Origin: Escherichia phage UPEC03
Sequence record: MW250785
Direction: 5' to 3' (one strand)
DNA length: 64,000 bases
Shown one piece after another: positions 1 through 9,874 of this stretch. Position 1 is the stretch's first letter; each line of letters starts with the position of its first letter. The notes under the pieces were generated by a model. It saw only the letters and a list, made by a program, of their open reading frames with translations, was not told the origin of the DNA and did not search any database. Position numbers and translations under genes: made by a program.

Positions 1-2119
1 TGTCGTTGACCTGCTTCGTGATGGTATGACTACCAAACAGATCCAGGCTGTAGCGATCAAGTATGCAGCGGATCGAATCTCCGCAAAAGAACCTGACTGG
101 CAGTATGTAGCGGCTAACCTCGAAATGTTCGCCCTTCGTAAAACCGTTTACGGGCAGTTTGACCCGATTCCGTTCTACGACCACATCGCTAATCTGGTTC
201 TCGCTGGGAAATACGATAAAGAAATCCTGGCAAAATGGACTCCAGCGGAGATTGATTATCTGGAATCGAAAATCAATCACGATAAAGATTTTGAATTTTC
301 GTATGCTGGCGTTCAGCAGTTGATCGGGAAATATCTGTTACAGGATCGCACGTCCGGCGACATCTACGAAACACCACAGTATGCATTCATGCTGATCGCG
401 ATGTGTCTGCATCAGGACGAAAAACACGCTGATAAAATCAGTCATGTGGTTGACTTCTATAACGCAATTTCGGATCGTAAACTGTCATTACCTACGCCTA
501 TTATGGCGGGTGTGCGTACTCCTACGCGTCAGTTCTCCAGTTGTGTTGTAATCGAATCTGGTGATTCTCTGGGTTCTCTGAACGCTGTTACGTCCGCGAT
601 CGTGAAATATATCTCTCAACGTGCGGGTATCGGTGTCAACGCCGGACACATTCGCGCTATGGGTTCAAAAATCCGTGGTGGTGAAGCAGTCCATACAGGC
701 GTTATCCCGTTCTGGAAACACATTCAGACGGCGGTTAAATCCTGTTCACAGGGCGGTGTTCGTGGTGGTGCAGCAACCCTGTATTATCCGATCTGGCATC
801 TTGAAGTTGAAAACCTGCTGGTTCTGAAAAATAACCGTGGTGTTGAAGAAAACCGTATTCGTCACCTGGACTATGGCGTACAGCTTAACGATTTGATGTA
901 TAAGCGTTTAATCAATAACGATTACATCACCCTGTTCAGCCCTGACGTTGCAAACGATCGCCTGTATGACGCGTTCTATCAAGCGGATCAGAGTGAGTTT
1001 GAAGAACTCTATACCAGTCTGGAAAAAGACCCAACGGTACGCAAGAAACGCATCAAAGCGGTAGATCTGTTCCAGTTGCTTGTTCAGGAACGCGCACAGA
1101 CCGGACGCAAATACATTTTCAACAGTCATCACGTAAACCAGCAGGGTAGTTTCTCTGTTCCGGTTCGTATGTCGAACCTGTGTTGTGAAATCGCGATCCC
1201 AACTTCACCACTGGACGACGATGATAAACTGGCTGGCGAAATTGGACTGTGTACGCTTATGGCGATCGTTCTCGATAATGCCGATATAAGCGAATTCCCA
1301 GCCCTTACACGCATCGCAGTACGCGCACTGGATAACCTGCTGGATTATCAGAACTACCCTGTTGCAGCGGCTCTGAAAGCCAAACAGCGTCGTTCTCTGG
1401 GTGTTGGTATTACTAACTATGCATCATGGCTGGCAAGCAACTATTGCGACTACTCCGAAGCATACGCCGGAAACGTTCATGAGTTGATGGAAGCGTTTCA
1501 ATTTAACCTGCTGGTTGCCTCTATGGAACTCGCACAGGAACGCGGTGCATGTGGACTGTTCCACGAAACGAAATATGCACAAGGGCTGTTGCCTATTGAC
1601 TGGTACTGCAAAAACGTTGATGAACTGGCAGCGCCTGTGTATAACTGCGACTGGGAATGGTTACGCGGTGAAATTAAAAAACACGGTTTGCGTAACTCAA
1701 CGCTTTCTGCTTTAATGCCTTGTGAAAGTAGCTCGCAGGTAAGTAACTCAACTAACGGGATCGAACCTCCGCGCGGCCCTGTGAGTGTGAAATCTTCGAA
1801 AGAAGGTTCATTCAATCAGGTAGTACCAAACCAGAATAATCAGATTGACTTCTATGATTATCTCTGGACAATGGCAAAACGTGGAAACAAAGGTTATCTG
1901 TCGCACGTAGCGGTTATGCAGAAGTTTGTTGATCAGGCTATCTCTGCAAACACAAACTATGATCCGGCTAACTTCCCAGATGGTAAAGTGAAATCTGAAA
2001 TCATCCTTGAAGATCTGCTGTATGCAAACTATTTCGGCATCAAAACGCTGTACTACCACAACACCCGTGACGGTGCAGGTGAGGAAGAAGCGGAAGATTG
2101 CGAAGGTTGCAAAATTTGA
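1..2119 (+). CDS. nrdA: ribonucleotide reductase class Ia alpha subunit, 5' end outside window
   Basis: ORF open to window start (track ORF 26..2119); motif NLCCEIAIP and C-terminal redox tail CEGCKI; followed directly by nrdB. Confidence 0.9.
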   Translation, partial: VVDLLRDGMTTKQIQAVAIKYAADRISAKEPDWQYVAANLEMFALRKTVYGQFDPIPFYDHIANLVLAGKYDKEILAKWTPAEIDYLESKINHDKDFEFSYAGVQQLIGKYLLQDRTSGDIYETPQYAFMLIAMCLHQDEKHADKISHVVDFYNAISDRKLSLPTPIMAGVRTPTRQFSSCVVIESGDSLGSLNAVTSAIVKYISQRAGIGVNAGHIRAMGSKIRGGEAVHTGVIPFWKHIQTAVKSCSQGGVRGGAATLYYPIWHLEVENLLVLKNNRGVEENRIRHLDYGVQLNDLMYKRLINNDYITLFSPDVANDRLYDAFYQADQSEFEELYTSLEKDPTVRKKRIKAVDLFQLLVQERAQTGRKYIFNSHHVNQQGSFSVPVRMSNLCCEIAIPTSPLDDDDKLAGEIGLCTLMAIVLDNADISEFPALTRIAVRALDNLLDYQNYPVAAALKAKQRRSLGVGITNYASWLASNYCDYSEAYAGNVHELMEAFQFNLLVASMELAQERGACGLFHETKYAQGLLPIDWYCKNVDELAAPVYNCDWEWLRGEIKKHGLRNSTLSALMPCESSSQVSNSTNGIEPPRGPVSVKSSKEGSFNQVVPNQNNQIDFYDYLWTMAKRGNKGYLSHVAVMQKFVDQAISANTNYDPANFPDGKVKSEIILEDLLYANYFGIKTLYYHNTRDGAGEEEAEDCEGCKI

Positions 2120-2125
2120 TTCAAT

Positions 2126-2145
2126 GCCCCTTCGGGGGCTTTTTA
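2126..2145 (+). terminator. intergenic hairpin plus T-run between nrdA and nrdB
   Basis: gcccc-ttcg-ggggc stem-loop followed by ttttt. Confidence 0.55.
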
Positions 2146-2157
2146 TAAGGTAAATCC

Positions 2158-3333
2158 ATGTTAACTGTAATGAACACAAACCCAGATCACAAACACTTAG
2201 AACAGCCTATGTTCTTTGGTGAGGATACGGGCGTAGCACGATACGAAGAACAGAAACACCGTGTATTCGAAACCCTGACTGAAAAACAACTGTCATTCTT
2301 CTGGCGACCGGAAGAAGTGGATCTGTCGATCGACCGTATGCAGTACGCGAAAATGCCGGAACACGAAAAAATCATTTTCGATTCGAACCTGCAATATCAA
2401 ACCCTGTTGGATACCATTCAGGGGCGCGGCCCTAACCTGGCTTTCCTCCCTATCGCTTCCGATGTCTCAATGGAAACGTGGATCGAAACATGGGCGTTCA
2501 GTGAAACAATTCATAGCCGCAGTTATACGCACATTCAGCGCAATTTACACATCGACCCGTCGAAAGAGTTCGATAAAATTCTGCGCAACGAAGCGATCAT
2601 GAAACGTTCGGCTTCCATGACAAAATACTACGATGACCTGATCGCAGAATGTCACGAACTGAAAAACATTGTGCTCAAAATCGAAATGTTAACGTCCCAC
2701 GGATACCCAGACGAATCGATCGCAGAGTACGAAAAGAAACGCAAAGAGCAAATGCGTAAATGCAAGGTTGCTCTATACCTGTGTATGCACGCTGTCAACG
2801 CTCTGGAAGCGATCCGCTTCTACGTGTCGTTTACCTTCACGTTCAACTTTGCCGAACAAGGCAAGATGGAAGGTAACGCGAAGATCATGCGTCTGATTGC
2901 CCGTGATGAAGCACTTCACCAGAAAGGCACTCAAAGCAAGATCCGACTCTGGCAGATGGGTAAAGATGACCCAGAAATGGCGGAAATCGCTTACCAGTAC
3001 GAAGAGGAAGCGACAAAGATTTTCCTGGAAGTATACGAACAGGAAAAAGAATGGGCTGAACACCTGTTCTCTATCGGTGATGTAGACGGCGTATCCCTGA
3101 AAAGTACGATCGCTTATATCGAACACCTGACAGATCAGCGTATGCGAGCGGTTGGCTTGCAGTCTCCATTTAAACCAACGCCGAACCCGTATCCGTGGAT
3201 GAACAAATGGTTGAAGTCTGACAACGTACAGGTAGCCCCACAGGAAGTAGAAGTGAGTTCTTACCTGGTTGGCAACCTCAACACCGAGATCAGCGACGAA
3301 TCCTATGCAAAATGGCGACAAAAATACGCTTGA
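2158..3333 (+). CDS. nrdB: ribonucleotide reductase beta subunit
   Basis: 391 aa; ferritin-like di-iron motifs (ETIHSRSY, ARDEALH); uninterrupted reading frame. Confidence 0.9.
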   Translation: MLTVMNTNPDHKHLEQPMFFGEDTGVARYEEQKHRVFETLTEKQLSFFWRPEEVDLSIDRMQYAKMPEHEKIIFDSNLQYQTLLDTIQGRGPNLAFLPIASDVSMETWIETWAFSETIHSRSYTHIQRNLHIDPSKEFDKILRNEAIMKRSASMTKYYDDLIAECHELKNIVLKIEMLTSHGYPDESIAEYEKKRKEQMRKCKVALYLCMHAVNALEAIRFYVSFTFTFNFAEQGKMEGNAKIMRLIARDEALHQKGTQSKIRLWQMGKDDPEMAEIAYQYEEEATKIFLEVYEQEKEWAEHLFSIGDVDGVSLKSTIAYIEHLTDQRMRAVGLQSPFKPTPNPYPWMNKWLKSDNVQVAPQEVEVSSYLVGNLNTEISDESYAKWRQKYA

Positions 3334-3616
3334 TTGTCGCGTCGTAAACAAGTATAAAGGTAGCTGGGATGTCGATATTCAGAGAGGTACGAAATTCGGC
3401 AATCCCTTCTACAAGGGAACACGGGCTGAAAACATAATGAACTTCATCCCGTATTTCCAAAACTTGATTCGAACTGGCGTGATCACAATCGACGAACTGA
3501 AAGCATTGGACGGGAAGCGGTTAGGATGTACATGCAAACCTCTACCGTGCCACGGTGATTATATTGCTCACTGCGTCAATGTGTTGACCGGAAAGGTGAA
3601 TAAGTTGGATATATAA
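3305..3616 (+). CDS. hypothetical protein
   Basis: ORF overlapping nrdB stop; internal ATG at 3305 chosen over track start 3269; no motif recognised. Confidence 0.45.
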   Translation: MQNGDKNTLDCRVVNKYKGSWDVDIQRGTKFGNPFYKGTRAENIMNFIPYFQNLIRTGVITIDELKALDGKRLGCTCKPLPCHGDYIAHCVNVLTGKVNKLDI

Positions 3617-4014
3617 TGGACGATGTAACATTTGGTGTAATATTTCCTTTGCGTCTGGGTTCAGACAAGAGGATAGACCGGAGTTTCGTTAAATGTGGCG
3701 AATTCCGGCATTGTGTGTATTTTATTGAAATTGACGGTCGGATAGTGTATGTTGGAAAATGTCGTGATTTGTGGAAGCGGTTAGACACATACCGCAATTC
3801 GAAATACTGGCGGGAAGCAAACCCCAGTAATATTCTGAAAACCGCACGTCTGGAAATGGCAATCAAAAAACGTAAGCGTGTAAATCTTATCGTGACAACA
3901 CACGATGAAGACACATATCATGATTTTGAAATAAACATGATCCGAAAAATCAATCCTGAATGGAACAAACAGCACTATGACAAAGCTAACCAAAAATCAG
4001 AAAACCCTCTTTGA
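3616..4014 (+). CDS. denA: endonuclease II-like GIY-YIG nuclease
   Basis: 132 aa; GIY-YIG-like core VYFIEIDGRIVYVGKCRDLWKRLDTYR and C-terminal INPEWNKQH resemble T4 DenA as recalled; sits between nrdB and rnlA as in T4. Confidence 0.7.
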   Translation: MDDVTFGVIFPLRLGSDKRIDRSFVKCGEFRHCVYFIEIDGRIVYVGKCRDLWKRLDTYRNSKYWREANPSNILKTARLEMAIKKRKRVNLIVTTHDEDTYHDFEINMIRKINPEWNKQHYDKANQKSENPL

Positions 4015-5134
4015 CCAGTTGATGAAACTGTGTAACGAAAGCGAATGCTTCTACTTCATTGATCAAAAAACTGTGATGCAAACCAATGTTCGCATCTTTA
4101 ACTATCGCATGGCGAGCTATTCCGACTGGTTAAAACCTGGTGCGCTGGAATGTCGCGGCATCATGTTTGTAATGGATGGGGATACCCCCGTAAAACTCGC
4201 CAGTCGCCCTATGGAGAAGTTTTTCAACTATGCCGAGGTAAAGGCATGGGAAGCGCTGAAAGCCTCTCCTGTGACGATTGGTGAAACCGTAGTGGATGTG
4301 ATGATTAAGGAAGATGGTTCCCTGATCTCCACCTTCTGTGATTCCGGCTATCTGGGCGTTAAGTCTAAAGCATCCGTTCAATCTGAACAGGCTATGGACG
4401 CTATGAGCGTGATCCAGACTAACCGCGCATTGTTCGACCGCCTGACCGAACTGGTTAACGATGGTTTCACAGTCAACATGGAATACGTCGCACCGACAAA
4501 CCGTATTGTAATTGGCTATCAGGAACCAGCAGTGGTGATCCTGAACATCCGTAATAACGACACGGGCGAATATGTCGATTATCAGGATATCTTCGCAGAT
4601 GGTGTATTACGTCCGTTCCTGGTTGAGCGCGAGAAAATCGAAATCACCGATCTGGATGCGTTCATTACCGAAGCCTACACGAAAGAAGGTTTCGAGGGTT
4701 ACGTGATCAAAACTGATAAAGGTTTTGTGAAAGCGAAAACCAACTGGTATGTAAACCTTCACCGCACTAAGGATAGCATCAACAATAATAAGGATCTGTT
4801 CTTAAATATTGTTGAAAATACCGTCGATGACCTGAAACAAATGTTCCTCGATGATATGTACGCACTCAAGAAGATCGACGCGTTCGAAACGTTATTCCTT
4901 GATAGTCTGAATCGTCTGACTGCAAAAGCATTCCAGGCAATCGAAGACACGAAAGGCAAATCACGCAAAGATTACGCGATCGCCCTGAGCGCTGACTTAA
5001 CCCCTGACGGTCGTATTATCTTCGGGCCTATGATGCGTTATTTCGATGATACCGATAAGCAAAAGCTGGTCGATAACATCGTTGCATTAATGGCGAAGAA
5101 CTACGAACAGTTTATACCGGAAGAATATAAATGA
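3977..5134 (+). CDS. rnlA: RNA ligase 1
   Basis: 385 aa; strong resemblance to T4 Rnl1 as recalled (ALECRGIMF, lysine-adenylation motif IKEDGSL, IEGYV). Confidence 0.85.
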   Translation: MTKLTKNQKTLFDQLMKLCNESECFYFIDQKTVMQTNVRIFNYRMASYSDWLKPGALECRGIMFVMDGDTPVKLASRPMEKFFNYAEVKAWEALKASPVTIGETVVDVMIKEDGSLISTFCDSGYLGVKSKASVQSEQAMDAMSVIQTNRALFDRLTELVNDGFTVNMEYVAPTNRIVIGYQEPAVVILNIRNNDTGEYVDYQDIFADGVLRPFLVEREKIEITDLDAFITEAYTKEGFEGYVIKTDKGFVKAKTNWYVNLHRTKDSINNNKDLFLNIVENTVDDLKQMFLDDMYALKKIDAFETLFLDSLNRLTAKAFQAIEDTKGKSRKDYAIALSADLTPDGRIIFGPMMRYFDDTDKQKLVDNIVALMAKNYEQFIPEEYK

Positions 5135-5457
5135 CATTACCAGCCTTTCCAAAGTTAACTTCTTTGGTGTGGCCTGTCATTGTAGCCCTGTCTTTGGCAG
5201 GGCTTTTGTACATGACAATCACGCTAAAGAGCGAAAACGATCAATTGGCTAAAGATATCAAAGAGTTACAGGCTGATATCAAAAAAGTCAAAGAGACAAA
5301 CAACACCAATACGGTGATCTATGTCGAACAGAAAGCGAAGGATCAGCAGTTGGTCAAGGATGCCGGACGTAAAGACCTGCTGTTCAAGAAACCAGGACTG
5401 ATCGAAATCAAGATCAACAAGTCCTTCGAAGAGTATATGGCGGAGTACGACAAATGA
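5131..5457 (+). CDS. i-spanin-like membrane protein
   Basis: N-terminal TM helix then coiled-coil; ATGA-coupled to the next gene. Confidence 0.55.
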   Translation: MTLPAFPKLTSLVWPVIVALSLAGLLYMTITLKSENDQLAKDIKELQADIKKVKETNNTNTVIYVEQKAKDQQLVKDAGRKDLLFKKPGLIEIKINKSFEEYMAEYDK

Positions 5458-5771
5458 AAATTGCAACGATAGCCCTTGTTCTGGGCGTTCTGTTGGTTGG
5501 GTGTGCGGAGAAGCCCCCAGAAAAGATTTTGCCTACACTCCCCGCTAAGGTGAATCCGGTGAATGTGAAATGGAAAGTGGTTGCAGAAGTCCGAGAGATT
5601 GACGGTAAAAAATACCTTGTCATGCCTTATGACGGAAACCCATACGTTGCCCTTTCATATCCCGATTCGTTAATCTTCCGTAGCTGGATGAATGACGTTA
5701 AGCGTCAGAAAGACCAGACGGATAACATTCTGTGTACCGTGGGATACCCTGAGAAATGCAAGTCAAAATAA
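5454..5771 (+). CDS. o-spanin-like outer-membrane lipoprotein
   Basis: signal peptide with lipobox LLVGC directly after the i-spanin-like gene. Confidence 0.6.
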   Translation: MKIATIALVLGVLLVGCAEKPPEKILPTLPAKVNPVNVKWKVVAEVREIDGKKYLVMPYDGNPYVALSYPDSLIFRSWMNDVKRQKDQTDNILCTVGYPEKCKSK

Positions 5772-5929
5772 TCAAGTCATTTTTCCGTGACATAACCGAA
5801 GGAAAGGTTTATGATGCGAAGAAGGACAAAGAAGGTCTCTGGATCGAAAATGACTGGAACCGTGATATGTGGCTCAATCTAACGAATGAGCATAACAAAG
5901 AACTGATTGAATATGAGATTGTGAAATGA
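5756..5929 (+). CDS. small hypothetical protein (57 aa)
   Basis: ORF found by hand (below track cut-off); stop overlaps pseT start (ATGA). Confidence 0.35.
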   Translation: MQVKIIKSFFRDITEGKVYDAKKDKEGLWIENDWNRDMWLNLTNEHNKELIEYEIVK

Positions 5930-6813
5930 ATCTGTTTATTACTGTAGGCGTACCAGGTAGCGGGAAAACTACATGGGCGAAAGAAAAAGCGCGTCAACTG
6001 GGGAACACGCTGACTGTTTCCCGTGACGATATCCGCAAAACCCTTTACTGTGCTGGCGGTGATCTGACTAACTACCGATTCACCGAAGAGAAAGAACTGT
6101 TTGTTTGCCGTGTGCAAGAAGATACAGTTCGTAATGCCCTGGCGAGTGGAAAGAACGTTATCGTTCACAATACCCATTTACACCAAAAAGATCATGATGT
6201 GTGGCGAGAGATCGCGAAAGAGTTCAATGCTGATTTCCATATCGAATGGATTGATGCCGATATCGTAGAACTCCTGAAACGCAACCATAAACGCGGTGTG
6301 AATGCTCTACCTGTTTCCCGTGTCTGGGCGATGTTCGAACAGTACCGTAAACTCCGTGGCTGGGTTCCGGCTATGAGCTATGCAGATCCGAGCAAACCGA
6401 AATGCGTTATCTTCGACGTTGACGGGACATTAACCAAAGTTGGACAACGTAGCCCGTATGACTTCACGAAGGTTATCAACGATCCGCCTAACCCTCCTGT
6501 TCAAGAACTGTTCAGGATGTATAAGGCCGCTGGTTATGCCTGTGTTGTTGTGTCTGGGCGTGAGGGTACTGCACAGTGCGCACATGATACCGCTGCAAGC
6601 CTGATCGGGTACGATATTGACCTGAGTGATGGTATCTACATGCGCGAAGAAGGTGATCATCGTCACGATTTCCACGTAAAAGAGCAAATACTTGTTGAAA
6701 AGATTCTCGATAAGTATTATCCTGTTCTTGCAGTGGACGACAGGGATACACCAGTCGGGATGTGGCGAATGAACGGTATCCCATGTTTCCAGGTTGATTA
6801 CGGCGACTTCTAA
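5926..6813 (+). CDS. pseT: polynucleotide 5'-kinase/3'-phosphatase
   Basis: Walker A GVPGSGKTT; HAD phosphatase motif VIFDVDGTL; length and layout match T4 Pnk. Confidence 0.9.
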   Translation: MNLFITVGVPGSGKTTWAKEKARQLGNTLTVSRDDIRKTLYCAGGDLTNYRFTEEKELFVCRVQEDTVRNALASGKNVIVHNTHLHQKDHDVWREIAKEFNADFHIEWIDADIVELLKRNHKRGVNALPVSRVWAMFEQYRKLRGWVPAMSYADPSKPKCVIFDVDGTLTKVGQRSPYDFTKVINDPPNPPVQELFRMYKAAGYACVVVSGREGTAQCAHDTAASLIGYDIDLSDGIYMREEGDHRHDFHVKEQILVEKILDKYYPVLAVDDRDTPVGMWRMNGIPCFQVDYGDF

Positions 6814-6819
6814 AAACAG

Positions 6820-6848
6820 TTGACAGTGAAGTGCGGGTGTGATAAGAT
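6820..6848 (+). promoter_or_regulatory. sigma70-type early promoter
   Basis: TTGACA (6820-6825), 17-nt spacer, TAAGAT (6843-6848); 25 nt upstream of RBS aaaggagaa and ATG 6874. Confidence 0.6.
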
Positions 6849-6873
6849 ACCCGCACAAACAAAGGAGAATATT

Positions 6874-7140
6874 ATGGTTATTCGTGAAAATGAAAATGTG
6901 ATGGTTGAACTGGGTGATCGTGTTAAAGTTGAGAATCCTGTTGAACTTCAACTGAAACTCAACCAGTTAGGCCAGCGCATTGCTGATAAAATTCCTGCTG
7001 GTTATACAGTGAAGATTGTCCGCGATGGTCAGTTCTCCTTCCTCCTGGGTATTTTGAGTCAACGCAACATCGTTGAACAACAGTTCGGGATTCAGTGGAA
7101 TCCGGTAACTAAATTCGTAACATGGGCGGCAGTATTATGA
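6874..7140 (+). CDS. hypothetical protein
   Basis: ORF with RBS aaaggaga; start moved from track 6820 to ATG 6874 downstream of the promoter. Confidence 0.55.
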   Translation: MVIRENENVMVELGDRVKVENPVELQLKLNQLGQRIADKIPAGYTVKIVRDGQFSFLLGILSQRNIVEQQFGIQWNPVTKFVTWAAVL

Positions 7141-7391
7141 GTGACAAAATCAGAAAGATCCATCAAGCATGGTTCTGTACTGAACCAACGATGCTTCGGT
7201 ATGGTTGTGTGTTTGGGTTGGTTGATAATGATCCGCAACAGGACATTGCAACAAGTCCGGTTGTTGAATACGCGATTCCGGCGAACAAATCGTTTGTTGA
7301 AGTAGTGACACGTTCAGGTACTACGTATCACATCGTTAACCCTGATAACGATTTCATCAAAGACATTCTGAAATATATGGATGACCGTTAA
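7137..7391 (+). CDS. hypothetical protein
   Basis: ATGA-coupled ORF between the previous gene and cd. Confidence 0.5.
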   Translation: MSDKIRKIHQAWFCTEPTMLRYGCVFGLVDNDPQQDIATSPVVEYAIPANKSFVEVVTRSGTTYHIVNPDNDFIKDILKYMDDR

Positions 7392-7921
7392 TGAAATTCA
7401 AAGTAATGAATATGCTGAGAGCAATCGATCGGAGTCAACGTTCTCAATGTATTTCGAATCGTGTAGGTGCTATTATCGCGATGGGTGGTCGTGCCGTCGC
7501 GTGGGGAGAAAATAATACGGTTGACCTTGATTGTCGTTGCAACTCATGCAACAATCATATGGTGAATGATGACGGTAAACTGAAAGCGGTTGATCGTCCT
7601 GAACATTCAGCGTGGTCAAACGATAACGAAATTCATGCAGAAATGAAAGCGCTATTGAGTGCGCACACAAGAGGTGTTATACTCAAAGATGCAGCACTTT
7701 ACACAACTGCATCGCCTTGCCCTAACTGCGCGAAACATATCGAATGGTATGTTGCTAGCGGGGCGATTACATCGGTGTATTATCTCGATAAATACGATCG
7801 TGGTAATGATGAATGGATTTCACGCTTGCAGAAATATGGCTGTGTCGTGGAACAAATTAAACGGGAAGAGTTAGAATCGTTTATCGACTTTTCCAAAGTA
7901 GTGTTTAACAACAATGAGTAA
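7391..7921 (+). CDS. cd: dCMP deaminase
   Basis: cytidine/dCMP deaminase zinc motifs HAE (NEIHAEMKAL) and SPCPNCAK. Confidence 0.85.
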   Translation: MKFKVMNMLRAIDRSQRSQCISNRVGAIIAMGGRAVAWGENNTVDLDCRCNSCNNHMVNDDGKLKAVDRPEHSAWSNDNEIHAEMKALLSAHTRGVILKDAALYTTASPCPNCAKHIEWYVASGAITSVYYLDKYDRGNDEWISRLQKYGCVVEQIKREELESFIDFSKVVFNNNE

Positions 7922-8270
7922 AGAAATGTCTGAACTGAAAGTAAAAGCATCCGGCGAATATGTGATCATCGAAGCTACTGCGCGTCCGCAGGGTTCCGAA
8001 ATCAAATCTGAATCTGGTATCGTGGTTGGTGTACGCCAGCACGGGGAACAACCTTTTTATGGTAAAGTTGTTTCTGTAGGCGTAGACGTTCCAGCAGAAG
8101 CGGCAGAACGAATCCTGGGTAAATATATCCCACTGCCAAGCGCTCACATGGCGAATGTTCCTGACCCTGATCTGGTTGCGGGTTACATTTCCGAAAAAGA
8201 AGCAAAAGAGAAGGAAACAAAATACGTTTCCGCACATTACAAAGCAATCCAGGCAATCTACGAGATCTAA
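7914..8270 (+). CDS. 31: GroES-like co-chaperonin for capsid folding (gp31-like)
   Basis: 118 aa; position after cd and similarity to T4 gp31 as recalled (GEYVI..., SAHYKAIQ). Confidence 0.7.
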   Translation: MSKEMSELKVKASGEYVIIEATARPQGSEIKSESGIVVGVRQHGEQPFYGKVVSVGVDVPAEAAERILGKYIPLPSAHMANVPDPDLVAGYISEKEAKEKETKYVSAHYKAIQAIYEI

Positions 8271-8272
8271 AA

Positions 8273-8524
8273 ATGGCTAAATCAATTCAAGCAATTATCG
8301 CTGATACCGTCAGCAAATCCAAAAAGCTGTTCGACAAAGGCGAAATTCTGGAAGCCCCGACGCGTATTGACGTAATGACATCAATGATCATTGATGCGCA
8401 TCAGGGTAAACTAAAATCCCGTGCCGATGAAGTCATGGCGTACATCGTCCAGTTCGAAGACGTATGTAAGTACGCGAAAGATGTTGATCCGCTGGTTCGC
8501 GAAATCTATCGCAAACAGTTCTAA
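8273..8524 (+). CDS. hypothetical protein (31.1-like by position)
   Basis: 83-aa ORF directly after gene 31. Confidence 0.55.
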   Translation: MAKSIQAIIADTVSKSKKLFDKGEILEAPTRIDVMTSMIIDAHQGKLKSRADEVMAYIVQFEDVCKYAKDVDPLVREIYRKQF

Positions 8525-8531
8525 AAATTCC

Positions 8532-8608
8532 GGCCCTTTAGCTTAATTGGTTAGAGCGGGTGACTCATAATCGCGCGGTTGCTGGTTCGAATCCAGCAGG
8601 GGCCACCA
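8532..8608 (+). tRNA. tRNA with CAT anticodon (Ile2-type or Met)
   Basis: hand-folded cloverleaf: acceptor GGCCCTT/AGGGGCC, D-arm with GG, anticodon loop CTCATAA, T-loop TTCGAAT, 3' CCA encoded; close to E. coli ileX as recalled. Confidence 0.75.
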
Positions 8609-8613
8609 AATAC

Positions 8614-8689
8614 GCAGGTGTAGTTCAATTGGTAGAATATCTGGTTTCCATCCAGATTGTTGAGGGTTCGAGTCCCTTCACCTGCTCCA
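8614..8689 (+). tRNA. tRNA-Gly (anticodon TCC)
   Basis: hand-folded cloverleaf: acceptor GCAGGTG/CACCTGC, anticodon stem TCTGG/CCAGA, loop TTTCCAT, T-arm GAGGG-TTCGAGT-CCCTT, CCA encoded. Confidence 0.8.
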
Positions 8690-8838
8690 ATTCGGGTGCG
8701 TAGCGCAATGCCGTTAAATGGTTCGGAATATGCAACCTTATCGTATGCGATAGGCTCTGTTGGTATCCGGTAATAGGTTCCCCGGAATGCGGGGTGAAGT
8801 AAAGAAACTTCCAGCCCACAAATTTAAAAGAGAAAAAT

Positions 8839-9258
8839 ATGAAAGGTCTCCAAAAGCTGTTTGAGTTAACCCCAAAAATTCGCGAAATCGTCGCTGCATC
8901 AACTGAAAAAGAAATCAACGGTAAATTGATGAAACTGTTTACCGAAGAAATCACTGATTTCGATAAAGAATATCGTAAAGCGTTCGATGCGTATTCTGTT
9001 GATGGTTTCTTTGCATCACCGCAGGTGAATAGCAAACATGAATATCATCGACGATTCTTTGACTGGTCGATCGTCAATATCGTTCGACGAACTGATATCG
9101 AACCTACGAACCATCAGTTGATCTCTATGGATTCTTCTGTGTTCTTTATCCAGTATCTTATTACTGGTGGATTTAAAGCAGAAGGTATTCCGTTCTACAA
9201 CGAAGCTCTGGAAGAAGAATTCGCAGAAGCGTATAAGTATATCAAAGCAGTTCGTTAA
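8839..9258 (+). CDS. hypothetical protein
   Basis: 139-aa ORF with RBS; followed by terminator. Confidence 0.6.
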   Translation: MKGLQKLFELTPKIREIVAASTEKEINGKLMKLFTEEITDFDKEYRKAFDAYSVDGFFASPQVNSKHEYHRRFFDWSIVNIVRRTDIEPTNHQLISMDSSVFFIQYLITGGFKAEGIPFYNEALEEEFAEAYKYIKAVR

Positions 9259-9264
9259 TCAACA

Positions 9265-9288
9265 GGCTATCTTCGGATAGCCTTTTTT
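9265..9288 (+). terminator. rho-independent terminator
   Basis: ggctatc-ttcg-gatagcc stem-loop followed by tttttt. Confidence 0.65.
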
Positions 9289-9300
9289 CTGGAGAAGCAC

Positions 9301-9870
9301 ATGCGCTTTTTAAAATACGCAAGCTGGTTTGTACTGGTTCCCCTGGATATTCTGTCCGGTGTTCTGGCTATTCTGCTGGCTCCTTTCGTGGTTCCGTTCT
9401 ACAGTGACGAAACAGGACATTTGCCTAAAGGGTTCCGTTGGATGGAAACATTCGATAACCCGATCGATGGTGATGGTGGACATATCCGGCGTTGGGCTAA
9501 CATCCGGTATCACTTAGGCGCTCTGGGTGTGTATGCGCAGCGTGTAGGCTGGTTGTGGCGTAACAAGGCGTACAACTTCGCTTATAACGTCTTAGGGCGT
9601 GAAGCACAATCAGACTTCGACTGGAAGGGAAACCCGAAAACAGAAGGTGGTTCCGACCCATCACGTCACGGTTATCTGTTGATGTGGAATGATTCGGCAT
9701 GGGGGCTTTATGTCTTCAAACCGTGGCTTAAAGTCGGAAAGGTTCAGTTCTGCTTACGCGTGTATTGCGGGTGGAAACTGAAACAGGAAGTAACTGACCC
9801 TAACGGGCTGGATCGTGCAATGCTGGCGTTCCATATCAACCCGTTACGTTATTATGTCGTAGAAAGGTAA
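9301..9870 (+). CDS. hypothetical membrane protein
   Basis: 189 aa; hydrophobic N-terminal helix ([23 protein letters not shown]). Confidence 0.6.
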   Translation: MRFLKYASWFVLVPLDILSGVLAILLAPFVVPFYSDETGHLPKGFRWMETFDNPIDGDGGHIRRWANIRYHLGALGVYAQRVGWLWRNKAYNFAYNVLGREAQSDFDWKGNPKTEGGSDPSRHGYLLMWNDSAWGLYVFKPWLKVGKVQFCLRVYCGWKLKQEVTDPNGLDRAMLAFHINPLRYYVVER

Positions 9871-9874
9871 TACA

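Noticed and set aside
2158-3333. Possible group I intron in nrdB, as in T4
   Set aside because: The reading frame is continuous at about T4 NrdB length with no internal non-coding insert.
8690-8838. A third tRNA after tRNA-Gly
   Set aside because: I could not build a cloverleaf with a T-loop and acceptor stem; kept only as a low-confidence small-RNA candidate.
8625-9035. 136-aa minus-strand ORF spanning the tRNA region
   Set aside because: It overlaps both tRNA genes and the start of a well-supported plus-strand gene, and has no RBS; treated as a spurious antisense frame.
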